The notes under the pieces: generated by a model
Database searches by the model: none
Told to the model about the DNA's origin: nothing
The model's input: the letters and a program-made list of their open reading frames with translations, nothing else
DNA from: Octopus sinensis
Taxonomy: Eukaryota
Assembly: GCF_006345805.1 (NCBI RefSeq)
Contig: NC_043012.1
Span: 11,656,001-11,720,000 of the forward strand
DNA: 64,000 bases
Direction of reading: 5' to 3'
Program-made: the position numbers and the translations under genes
Part shown: positions 11,553 through 23,779 of the stretch, piece after piece
Layout of the letters: the number at the start of each line of letters is the position of its first letter
Numbering within the stretch: position 1 is the stretch's first letter

Positions 11553-12842
11553 CGAGGGACGTTCAATAAGTAATGTCCCTGACCCACTTGCAATTCCTTG
11601 ATCTAGCTGAAATTTTGCATGTGCAATTATTTATATCTCTATAGATGAAGTGGCAAATTACAGCTCTGAACTAATTGTGGTTTCTGATTTACACGTGTTT
11701 GAACTGAGTCAGGTGTGAAATGGAGCCTGTTGAGTGTCGAGCAGTGATCTGGTTTTTGTATTTGAAAGGATGCACACCACGGGAGACTTTCGATGAAATG
11801 AAAGTAACTTATGCTGATGATGCCCCATCATATGACTTTGTAAAACGCTGGCATCGTGAATTCAAACATGGTCGGAACTCTGTGGAAACAGCTCCCACAT
11901 CTGGTCGCCCCCCTTCTGCCATTGATGAGGCATCTGTCCGTCAAGTCGAGGCTGCCATTTTGGAAGATCGACGTATAACTATTCGCCAAATAGCCCATGA
12001 GGTCAAGATTAGTACCGGGTCTGTGGAAACTATCATTCATGACCATTTGCATATGCAAAAAGTGTCTGCCAGATAGATTCCCAGGCTGCTCACACCTTTC
12101 CAGAAGCAAGAACGCGTCGAGAGCTCGAGGATGAATTTGGAGATTGCCAAGATGAGTCAAAAATTTTCAAAAGACTGATTACACAGGATGAAACCTGGGT
12201 CCATCACTATGATCCAGAGACCAAAGCCCAGTCAATGCAGTGGAAGCACCGTGACTCACCTCCTCCAAAGAAGGCAAGGGTGCAGCCCTTCGCTGGCAAG
12301 GTCATGCTCACAGTCTTCTGGGACCAGGACGGAGTAGTGATGACAGATTTCCTGGCAAAGGGTACCACAATTACAGGAGCTTATTATGCTTCACTTTTGA
12401 GGAAATTAAGAGAAGCTATCAAAATCAAGAGGTGGGGCAAGATCAGCAAAGGTATCCTCCTCCTGCAGGACAACGCTCCGGTCCACAACTCGCGTGTCGC
12501 CAGATCAGAAGCACGGGCGTGCGGCCATGAACTCCTCCCCCATCCCCCCCTACTCTCCTGACCTTGCACCCTCTGATTTTCACCTCTTCTCAGCCATGAA
12601 GTTGTTTTTGAAAGGAAAGCGTTTTCCAGATGATGCAGCCTTGATTTCTGAAGTCACGTCGTGGTTGGAGGACCAAGCTGGGGTCTTCTACAAAAACGGT
12701 CTCCAGAGCTGCATCAAAGGATGGGAGAAACGCGTATCTCTGGGTGGTTCCTATGTAAAAAAAGACTAATAATTGTGCCAAGTTTCGTTGCTCTACTGCT
12801 ATGAGAAGTGGGTCAGAGGCATTACTTATTGAACGCCCCTCG
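11553..12842 (+). mobile_element. Full-length mariner (DD34D), 1290 bp
   Basis: 37-bp TIRs (11553-11589 and 12806-12842, 3 mismatches), TA on both flanks, internal transposase. Confidence 0.95.
11720..12769 (+). pseudogene. Mariner transposase pseudogene
   Basis: HTH N-terminus; R*IPRLLT (WVPRLL motif with TAG at 12074-12076); TQDETW; QDNAPVH plus 34 aa to YSPDLAPSD; frameshifts at ~12145 and ~12550. Confidence 0.92.
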
Positions 12843-12911
12843 TAGTACTCGGAGTTTATAATGACAACCTTTTACTGCTTGTTCTAATTATAACGTATAT
12901 ATATATATATT

Positions 12912-13143
12912 ATCTGAGCGAGCACGTGTATTTGTGAGCATACATCCACACTGATACACGCACACATATAAACGCCCGAAAGAGAGATAATACCCCTTCA
13001 AACTCTCTTCCCCACATGCTCTCGCCCAGTCTCTATCGTACATCAATCTACGCAACCGCCCAAAGTCAAACATTTCATTTACCTACATCAGCGAGATTTG
13101 AAATCAAGAAATCTAACACTTTACATTAGTTCATATCTCCCCC

Positions 13144-13175
<32 letters not shown>

Positions 13176-13407
13176 GAACACACGCATATCTGAGCGAGCA
13201 CGTGTATTTGTGGCCATACAGTCACATGGATACCCGCATACATATATAACGCCAAAAAAGAGATAGTACCCCTTTAAACCCTGTCCCCCACACGCTCTCG
13301 CCCAGTCTCTATCGTACATCAATCTACCCAACCGCCCAATGTCAAACACTTCATTTGCCTACATCACTGAGATTCGAAATCAAGAAATCTAACACTTTAC
13401 ATTAGTT
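12912..13407. repeat. Direct duplication of a 220-bp unit (12912-13131 and 13188-13407)
   Basis: The units align end to end, separated by (CT)n(AT)n. Confidence 0.9.
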
Positions 13408-13929
13408 TTTACTGAAACCTTTTACTCTCTATATTTAGCGAGTTGTCGTAATTAGTATCCCTGGGTAGCTTATCAGATAACATTATTCGGTATGTATGTT
13501 TGTAATATGTTTGTCACCGTATCTGCCCTGTTTACGCTCCCAGAATAATAGTTCGCATATGTTCATGATGCAGTAGCGACCGGTATCTTGCCCTTTGTTT
13601 TATGTGCATGTTGCTGCAAAACATGCATTTAACAATGCAGCCCTCTTTATCTAACTCGTAGTTATTTGAGAGTCTTGATTGCTCACCGGGCAAATACTTA
13701 TGACCATAGATACTCACATACACATCATATGTATGTATGTATGTATGTATATATCTTGTGTTTTTAATCGTTCGAATTCTTCCTCTGAAGAAAGAGTTGG
13801 TTTTTGACAAAGGTACAAAGCTCCATCTTTGGAATGTAGATAATGAAAACAATGTAACTTGAGGAAAGACATTTTAAACTTTAGCAAAGATGAACATATG
13901 TTTTAATAAAAATGTTTCGCCAGTATTTA

Positions 13930-14374
<445 letters not shown>

Positions 14375-14517
14375 TGGAAAATTTAACCGGCCACTTACTT
14401 GGTAGCAAGGTTGCGAAGGAAATCATCTTTTAACAATCATCCTTTAAATCTTAAGAACGTCTTGAAGGTTTATGTAGTCCCAGATATCGTGATCATTTAT
14501 AGCACATTAATTAAGAA

Positions 14518-14935
14518 GGCGGTGAGCTGGCAGAACAGTCAGCACGCCGGGCGAAATGCTTAGCGGTATTTCGTCTGCCGCTACATTCTGAGTTCAAATT
14601 CCGCCGAGGTCGACTTTGCCTTTCATCCTTTCGGGGTCGATTAAATAAGTACCAGTTACGCACTGGGGTCGATATAATCGACTTAATCCGTCTATCTGTC
14701 CTTGTTTGTCCCCTCTGTGTTTAGCCCCTTGTGGGTAGTAAAGAAATAGGTATTTCGTCTGCCGCTACCTTCTGAGTTCAAATTCCGCCGAGGTCGACTT
14801 TGCCTTTCATCCTTTCGGGGTCGATTAAATAAGTACCAGTTACCCACTGGGGTCGATATAATCGACTTAATCCGTCTGTCTGTCTGTCCTTGTTTGTCTC
14901 CTCTATGTTTAGCCTCTTGTGGGTAATAAATAAAT
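14518..14935 (+). mobile_element. Deu/Nin-type SINE dimer
   Basis: A full unit, then a headless repeat re-entering at GGTATTTCGTC (14749); period 184. Confidence 0.9.
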
Positions 14936-15094
14936 AAAAATTAAGGATTTGTATTTTCTCTCCAAGATCCCAAGATCCCATTCTGTCTCCAAGATCCCAG
15001 GCGGGTTGGTATGTATCTCGTTACTCCAAAACTAATACGCATGAAATTGAAAGATTTGTAGGTATGTATGTAAGATTTATATTTTATTCAAGTC

Positions 15095-15600
15095 CTTCCT
15101 TAAAGAGTTCAAGCCAGTCTCTTACAAAACGACAACACTTTGAGTTTGTAAATACGTGATTGAGTTGATGTGTTGGTTGAGCTATCGATACACAAACCCA
15201 ATGATACAATGCGGCATTCAAAGGCCGTTTGGACTGACCTTATGCCTCTACTACCACCACTTCGTTTCACATAGGTTCTATCAGTGTCGCTGTTGAGGTG
15301 GAAGTTGCCAGTGGTGGTCAATAGCTTTCTAGCTTTAATGTTCAGTCTGCATATCTCGCCGAATGTCCAGTTCAGTATTCTATATGTTTGTTTTAGCACA
15401 GGCACTACAAACAGATTGTGAGATATCATCTTGTTAAATGCAGACAGCACTGAGTTTTATATTTCATGTAGTCTACAGAAGTACACTTTTGTTATTCTGG
15501 CTTTAGTCTCGGTACCAACGTTTGCAACATCTTCATCAATTCCAAGATATTTATAGCTTTCATCATTAGAGACAGAAGAGATAGACAAACCATTGATGTA
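15095..15600 (-). mobile_element. R4/Dong-clade LINE fragment
   Basis: ORF 15109-15450: NLFVVPVLKQTYRILNWT...KARKLLTTTGNFHLNSDTDRTYVKRSGGSRGIRSVQ; same family as 8760-10040. Confidence 0.8.
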
Positions 15601-15792
15601 CATGTTCTCCGTCTGGTCGACAATTTGTCATCGGTTGATTATCATATATGAGCATCTATCTTGTCTAAATTCCATCCGTATGTTTCGTGAGAATGTATGT
15701 ATGTATGCATATTTTTACACACAACACACACACACGTGCATATGTGTGTGTGATATATATATATATATATATATACATAAATATATATATAC

Positions 15793-15826
<34 letters not shown>

Positions 15827-15842
15827 CATATATATAATATAT

Positions 15843-15904
<62 letters not shown>

Positions 15905-15910
<6 letters not shown>

Positions 15911-16470
15911 ATATTAGGAATAAATCCAAATTTACAGGGAAAAAAATCAGATTTAGGATTAAATCCAATTTTATAGTAAAATATTATAAAATATTATTAG
16001 AGACAAAACCACTATTTTGCAAAACAAACAAGGAAAGACTTAATCAATACATAAAATTTTAATAAATAGTAAAAAAACCGCCACTACAATTGTTTCTTGT
16101 CTTGATCGACAATCTTCAGGTGGACTTCCAATCTAAAATATCAATATTTTAAAATATAAAAATAATAATTTTAAAATAATTAAGTATTAATGAAAAATAT
16201 AAATATATAATCCATATATAACCTATATATAATCCATATATAATCAATATATAAACAATATATAAACTAAAATAAACCTATCAACAATTAAATATAAAAT
16301 ATAAAATATAAAATATAAAATATAAAACAAAACAAAAAATAATAATAATATAATAATAAACTATATATACACCCATACACATATAACTAATAATATATAA
16401 CCATATCTAACTACATACACTAAATCACACACCTATATATATATCCCTATACATACACATAAAAACGTCT
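15905..16470 (-). mobile_element. AT-rich PLE-like terminal repeat carrying a hammerhead
   Basis: Contains the canonical minimal hammerhead below; boundaries approximate. Confidence 0.45.
16081..16123 (-). ncRNA. Minimal type I hammerhead ribozyme
   Basis: CCAC CUGAAGA UUGUC gaucaa GACAA GAAAC AAUU GUA GUGG: intact core, 4-bp stem I, 5-bp stem II, palindromic stem III (ACAAUUGU), GUA cleavage triplet. Confidence 0.75.
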
Positions 16471-16492
16471 AGGCAAATATATATATATATAC

Positions 16493-16711
16493 CAGAGTGT
16501 ACAAAAAGTCTCTCTGCAGTAAGTAGTTAATGGTTTTCTGGTGATTCTTGTACACTGATTCTTTACTTGCCCCCCAGAAAAAGAAGTCTGGCAGTATTAA
16601 CTCAGGTGATCTTGGTGGCCAAAGTCCCTTGGAAATAATCCTTCACTAAAAAACTCTTGGTGATGCGCAGATAAACAAAAATCACCGCGGAGAGACTTTT
16701 TGAACACCCTG
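16493..16711 (-). mobile_element. 219-bp internally deleted Tc1/mariner derivative
   Basis: 27-bp TIRs cag.gtgt.caaaaagtctctc; the interior minus frame reads IISKGLWPPRSPELILPDFFFWGQVKNQC. Confidence 0.8.
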
Positions 16712-17869
16712 TGTGTGTGGGTGTGTGTGTGTGTGTGTATACACACATATATACACATACATACACTCGGTAGGAGCAGGGTGTAGCTCTGTGTGTATGT
16801 GTGTGTCTTTGTGTCTGTGTTCCCCCACCATCGCTTGACAACAGGTGTGTTTACGTCGCCGTAACCTAGCGGTTCAGTAAAAGGGATGAGACAATAAGCA
16901 CCGGGCTTAGAAGAAAAATAAGTAACAGACTCGCTTCATTTGACTAAAAAATTACTCAAGACGGTGCCCAAGCATGGCTGCAGTCTAATTACTGAAACAA
17001 ATAATGTGTGTGTGTGTACTTGTGTGTGCGCGCGCGTGTCTGTGTGTCTGTGTCTGTGTGTGTGTGAGTATGAGTGTATAATTCCAAGCTACATATTTTT
17101 CATAGCTAGCAGATGTTCTGATATAATAATTACTCGACGTGGAGTGCTCAGCTAGCTACACCAGGCCGAAGGTACCGTTATCATATGAAGGTGACATTGT
17201 CGTTAAAGAATCCTGACCCTTCCTTTAAAGTCAGCATCCATCTACACTAAATCCATCTTTTCCTTCACTCTCCCATTTTCTTTGTTCTAATCAACTTTAG
17301 ACAATTTCCCAATTCCAACTATTTGACCTCCCCTGTCATTTTTCTTATTTACTAAATATCTTATTTCTTCAAACATTTATTTTTTATATCTTTTTATTTG
17401 TTTTTTTGCGTTTTTTTAAAATCTGTTCTTCGGGCTTCGTCTTATGTCTATATCTTCGGCGACAATTTAACCTTCATATAATTAAGGCATCTTCGGCTTG
17501 ATGAATAACTAACTGAGCATCTCACGTTGAGCAATTATTTCACAAGAGGATCTGTTAGCTTAGAAACATATGTATCCTGGATTTTACCTGCTCCACTCCC
17601 TCAATTTAGATTTTTATTTGCAATCATAGCAATTCGAGTTGTTAATTGTGAACTATAAAAAATGTTACCAGCTTATCGAACTTCAATATGGGAAAAGCCC
17701 TCAATCTTCAACTCCAATAAATTATTATTGTCCCTGAACGTTGTTTTTTTTATATCTATCACGGACTGCTCGAAGCTTACAAAGTTCACACATACGCACA
17801 CACACATTCACACACAAACACACACACACATAAATATATATGTGTATATATAGGCAAATCCAAACTAAA

Positions 17870-18160
17870 AAAAACACAAGAAAAAACAACGAAAGTCAAC
17901 TAGACGCACGCTGCGAATGTATTAGATTGACGCTAAGTGAAAGCTTAAGATAATAGTAGAAATGACGTTTCGAACATGGATCTTCGTCAGAAAGAGGAAA
18001 CAGTCTATTAAGGAGGAAAATTGAGAAGAAATAGATGGTTCAGAGAATTGAACTTGTGTCGTTACGTTGCCAAAACATAACTGCTCAGAAGTTGGAGATA
18101 GAGAGAGCGTTTTTTGAAGGCAGAAAAGTGCAAAAATGGCAACTGCGGAGAATGCTTGTG
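17870..18160 (-). mobile_element. Penelope-like 3' remnant with minimal hammerhead-like core
   Basis: Minus 17990-17964 reads CUGACGA A GAUCCAUGUUC GAAAC GUC; stem I barely pairs. Confidence 0.45.
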
Positions 18161-19463
18161 TATGAAGTGTATACGTGCATATATGTCTTTCTTTATATGT
18201 GTGTGTGTGGGTGCGGTTACGAGTGGCGTGTTTGTATACGAGTGCTGCGTAGGATAGTACTTTGTGTCGTATGTGTTTGTGTGTGGAGTAGATCTAACAG
18301 GTTAGTAGGAGTAGGGTGCAACAGTAGTATAGTAAGTGAGGTCGAGAGGCTGGGCAATATGTGTGAGTGTGTGTGGTGCTATGTGTGTAGGTCTGTGTTT
18401 GTACGTACGAGTGTGAGTGTGTGAACGAGTGTATGTGTATACGTGTGTATGTATGTCTTTGCGTGTGCATGTGCATATGAGTGTGTACGGGTGTGTGTGA
18501 GGATTTAGTGTACGTTCTTATGATTATATGTACACGCCTGTTTCTGTGTGTGTGTGCAATAGATATGTATACGTGTGGGGGTGGTGTAAGCTATGTATGT
18601 AAGTGTCTCAAAGAGTGTGGAAGATAAGTGGAGAGAGAAAATGAGGAGGGAAGTAGAGGAGAGGAGAAAGAGAGAGAAGGAAGTGTGAAGCTGTTACATG
18701 AAAGAATCTGTTACAAGTTCAAACAGTGTATGAGTAGCGTGAAAATGTAGCGCTGCTTCTGGCAAAATCTGGCGGTGGTGGTTCCATCGTGTAAGGCCAG
18801 GCCAAAGACAGTGAAGTGTTGATCGGACACACATGCTTACACTATACCTACACACATATGCCAACCACGTATGCACGTGCAAATGCAGACTAATACATAT
18901 ATGTATTCATGTGGGCAATAATTCTGGAACGGTAGATGTAAGTATTATGTTAGCGGTGAAACACATAGAATAATGGATGAGTTGGTAACAGAATAATAAA
19001 CATTTCAGTAGCAGTAATTGGTGGGAGTGCAAAAGATATAAATTTTGCAATAATTAATCGGAGCACTTTTATCAATGTGAATTAAGTAAATGAATAAGTA
19101 GCGTTGGAATTTGTTAACCATGTGACTCCCTAATGTACTAAACTATATAACACAGTAAACGATTCTCCACTGTGTTATGACGTTCTCTTCACTTAAGATA
19201 AATGTAGCAAAGTAGAGCTGGAAAGAAATTGAAGAACTGTTTAAATTCTTTAAAAACTTTGGACTTTCCATAACGACAAAAAATAATTTCCGTGTGTTTA
19301 AATACTAACTTGTACGAACCATATCATGAGCCTATTGAATACTTGTATTTGTGATTAAGGATTCTAACCATCCACTCGCAATTATATATGCAATAGTAAA
19401 CAACGTATCTTATAGGCTATCCCAACTTCACCGAATGAAAGAATTATCAATTTAGGTCAAATA

Positions 19464-19820
19464 TTATAAGGTAGCACTAGCAAAAATAGTCAAGCAGGAA
19501 GAGGAAACGATAGATAGATACAACCCTCTTAAGTACGAAATAACCCGGTTATGGAAAATGAAGAAGGTGAAGGTGCCAAATATTGTTGGATCCTTGGGAA
19601 CAGTACCAGAAGGCATCAAGAAGAATAAACAGGAAATTGGGATAGAGTGCTCAGTAGAACTGTAACAAGAGATTTGCCTCCTTGGCACGACAAGAATAAT
19701 CAGGTAAGTATTAGGTAGCTGAAAAGAACGAATAGCATGGTGCCGTAGGCTGCAGGTAGTAAGCCCACCGCTACGCATGCAAGACTGGAGAAGCTCTAAC
19801 AAAACCAGTGATAAAGATAA
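19464..19820 (+). mobile_element. R4/Dong LINE 3' end (restriction-like endonuclease C-terminus, UTR, (TAA)n tail)
   Basis: KQEEETIDRYNPLKYEITRLWKMKKVKVPNIVGSLGTVPEGI...ICLLGTTRIIR*VLGS*; (AAT)n at 19821-19843. Confidence 0.8.
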
Positions 19821-19843
19821 AATAATAATAATAATAATAATAA

Positions 19844-20044
19844 CGAAGTCATGCGCTGTATATCTTGATATGAGATCACCGTGTCGCGCATGTGTGGTTG
19901 TGATGCATGTGCCTGGTGTACCCTTATCAGACGGATAGCCATGACGGGTGTACTGGGCTTCGTATAGTTGTACTATAGTGTCATATGCTGCTCTCTCACT
20001 CAATAATAATAATAGTAACAACAACAACAGTAATAATAATAATA

Positions 20045-20117
<73 letters not shown>

Positions 20118-20325
20118 GATGCAGTACCAGGAAGTGGCTCTCGTGGCTTCTGATCTTAACTGATTGGAAGTGTTATCATGTATATTGTTTTGTCTTGGTA
20201 TAAAAGATGGGCTACAGCAAATATTCTGCTCAGTGCCACAGATTTGCTTGTCAGTTGTTTGACCTTAGCCTGTGGTGCATGTCTCTTGGTGGCTGACGAT
20301 ATGTGCATCTCTGATCACGAGCAGG
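19844..20325 (+). mobile_element. Two partial copies of the ~555-bp (TAA)-tailed non-coding element
   Basis: 19844-20001 matches the 3' part and 20116-20325 the 5' part of the element at 41332-41888 (reverse complement), separated by (AAT)n. Confidence 0.85.
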
Positions 20326-20415
20326 TGTAATATAATATATAATAACATATTGAATAATATATATATATATGTATACATACAGACACATACACACACATAT
20401 GTATATAGATATAAT

Positions 20416-20650
20416 ACCTATTTCTTTACAACCCACAAGGGACTAAACACAGAGGGGACAAACAAGGACAGACAAATGGATTAAGTCGATTACATCGACC
20501 CCAGTACGAAACTGGCACTTAATTTATCGACCCCGAAAGGATGAAAGGCAAAGACGACCTCGGCGGAATTTGAACTCAGAACGTAGCGGCGGACGAAATA
20601 CCGCAAAGCATTTTGCCCGGCGTGCTAACGTTTCTGCCAGCTCGCCGCCT
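20416..20650 (-). mobile_element. Deu/Nin-type SINE monomer
   Basis: Reverse complement of the 14518 unit. Confidence 0.9.
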
Positions 20651-20744
20651 TATATGTATATAAATAATACCACACACACACACACACACACATTCACACG
20701 TATCCATACATATATATATATATATACATACACACACACTCACA

Positions 20745-20940
20745 CATATATAGTTGAAATTTACAAGACAAAGCCAGGTGTTGGAATAACAAGCAAGCGT
20801 ATTATTTTGACTCTCGGGAAAGTGAGAAAGTATTTTACGTTTCGAGCCTACGCTCTTCTATAGGAACACGAGGAAATAGAGAAAGAATTAAAAAAACTTG
20901 TGGATTTAGCGATCAGGCATGGCGACAGAAACACAGAAAC
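20745..20940 (-). mobile_element. Variant-hammerhead repeat (copy 2)
   Basis: Minus reads CUAUAGA A GAGC guag GCUC GAAAC GUA aaauac. Confidence 0.6.
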
Positions 20941-21097
20941 ACACACAAATATAATTTCTATCATATGATATAATATTATGTCATATTATTTGTTTGAAAA
21001 ATTTCTAATAGGAAATAGCTTACATGTCTATCTAACATGTAGAACTTTATAATCCTTATTAGCAACGAAACATGTGTAAGGGCGAATAAATGATACC

Positions 21098-21168
<71 letters not shown>

Positions 21169-21810
21169 TTATATATATATATATACATATATATACATAT
21201 ATATATATACATACATATATATACATATACATATATATAACTGAATTTAGTTGAACAAAGACGTATTTGATGCGTTAATTGTGAAATCACAGGTGATATA
21301 GAACTAAATTCAGTTTTTTAAATGTCTTGCTTCGAGAGCTGCATTAGGTATGATTAGTTACATTTTGGTAGTAATGACTTATGTCCCTCTTAGCGCGAGG
21401 CATTTATGTGTAATAATGCCCTCTATACAATATAAATAAATATTTTCAAGTGAAAAAAATTATTTTCGAATTTTTTCTCTTATGAGGTTTTTCACGCTTA
21501 CTACCTGATAATTTCTTAAGATTCCTTATGAAGAGGTTATCCTTAATTGTTAAATTTACATATATATACATATATATATAAATATATATATATATACATA
21601 CATATATATTTATGTATGTATGTATGCATGTATGTATGTATATATGCATGTTTGTATGTATGTGTGTATGTATGTAAGTATCTGCAGGTATATATACATA
21701 ATCAAGGATATCAAATCCTCTTAAAGGGATGTTATTATCCAAGTTCCCCAGTTATATCCAGTGCTTCGGTGAAAAACCAAAGACATTAGTTTCACATTGA
21801 TATTAGTATG

Positions 21811-22027
21811 AGAAAAAGAAAATGGAGAAATTAATACTTAGATATCAGTTTATTTGAACAAATTCCATTCAGCATAACATCAAGTTCTTTACACCTAGAA
21901 CTATTTCCATACCCAGTTAATTCAATCTGATGAATGAAATTAAATTTAATTAATGTAAGTTTTCATATCGAATATCGTAAATTGGGTATTTCGTCAGGGG
22001 AGAGAATTTGTTAGAAAGGAGCAACAT
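21811..22027 (+). mobile_element. Penelope-like fragment, inverted copy of 23505-23719
   Basis: Its reverse complement aligns along ~215 bp with 23505-23719. Confidence 0.75.
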
Positions 22028-22499
22028 TCCAACGTGTTGGTTGGCATCTCATAGACTTAGATATGTATTTTAGCAACAGGTGAATTTAAAAAAGATAAAC
22101 CGTTACTATTCTTATGTAGTTGTGTGTGTGTATATATATGTGTGTGTGTGTGTGTGTGTTAAAGCTACGAAATGAGGACGAATCACAACTGCTTCCTAAT
22201 TACCATAGTTAAATATTACGTCATCGATATTAGTGCTCAACAGTGAGTAAAGAAATGAACGATCTAATCAAGGAAAGCATAAATATTAACAAATTAAATT
22301 AAAAAATTAAGAAATTTGAAAACAATATTAAATTAATATAGTATATCTTTAACTTAAATTAATCAACTATTCCATCAGCTATTAATCATATATTCTCGAG
22401 GTACATGCCTAAATTAATGTTTCTGTAAACTATATATATGCACTACTGCTACCTGTACATAATACCTTATATTCATATTAACCATTTAATTTATACTTT

Positions 22500-23719
22500 A
22501 ATATTGATACGATATCTATTAAGAATTATTTTATCGTTTTAGTTACAAATGCAAGCATTTTAATCATGAGATACCATCTGATTCAAGGTTCCAGTAACCT
22601 TACAATTACATCTAATTTATTTTTTAAATTACACCTAATGGTAGTTTCTGGAAACATATTTACAGGCGTGAACACATGAAAAACCAGTCTCCCTCCTCGC
22701 ATTCAGGAGTTGACACCTTGAATACAAGATCCTGAAAAACTTCCTCCATGCAGAGAAAAGCTTTTATTTTTGTCTTAATTCCCAAATAAATTTACTGAGG
22801 CTGGTACAAGATAAATTGTTTCTATTGTTGAAGGTGTAAATGTGATTAGAGATGCGTTTCTTGATATCATTTTCCGTTGCTCCGATGTAAAAGAAACTTT
22901 TAACTTCAGACATTACGCTACATCTATATACAACATTCTTTTGTTTACAGTGATTTTTAAATAAACAGTTACTTTTAACCTTGCAGTCACAATGCATATT
23001 ATCATTACTACTCATATTATTATTTTGAATTATATTTTACATTCGGTGTAATTGTTATTTACAGTGTTACCTATATCCTTCAGGTTGAGATGGGATTTAA
23101 TATGGGTTGCTTCCCCTGGTACATTAGAGGAATTATGAATTCCTGTATCACTAACATTTTTTTCCTAGAGAATCATAATTGTTGTATTTAATTAGGTGAT
23201 TATTGCTATAAAAATCAGACAGTTTTCGCTCATTAAGGGGGAAAATAATTTGGGACGAGTTATCAGAAACTGAATAAGCAACTCTGGGAAATCTGGGGTT
23301 AATTATTTCATAATATCTATATTTTCCTTGGTAAAATGTTTATAAAAAAGTTTGTACAAGGATCAAACTGAATTATTCTTGATTTGCTTGGCGAATGGAA
23401 TAATCATTCAAATAATGTTGTTCTTATAAAAAGATACGTTATAATTTAAAATTTTTGAACCTTGTTATACATTTAAGGGATTTGTCTTTTTGTTCTACTA
23501 CTCCATGTAGCTTCTTTCTAACAAATTCTATCCCCTGACGAAACATACAATTTACGATAGTCGATATAAAATTTAATCTAATTTAATTTAATTTCATTCG
23601 CCAAATTGAATTAATTGGGTATGGAAACAACTGTAGGTGTAAAGAATTTGATGTTATGCAGAATGGAATTTATTCAAATAAACTGATGTCTATATATTAA
23701 TTTCTCCATTTTATTTTTC
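22500..23719 (-). mobile_element. Penelope-like element, RT thumb and GIY-YIG endonuclease region, decayed
   Basis: ORF 22764-23015: HCDCKVKSNCLFKNHCKQKNVVYRC...YIGATENDIKKRISNH; upstream NII*MIIPFAKQIK and NRYYEIINPRFPRVAYSVS. Confidence 0.85.
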
Positions 23720-23779
23720 CCTTACAAGAATATATGCGTGTATGTAAGTATAGATGTATGGATAGATGGGTGGAATATT

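Noticed and set aside
21239-21315. 14-bp perfect inverted repeat
   Set aside because: Short and AT-rich, with no TSD or second copy seen.
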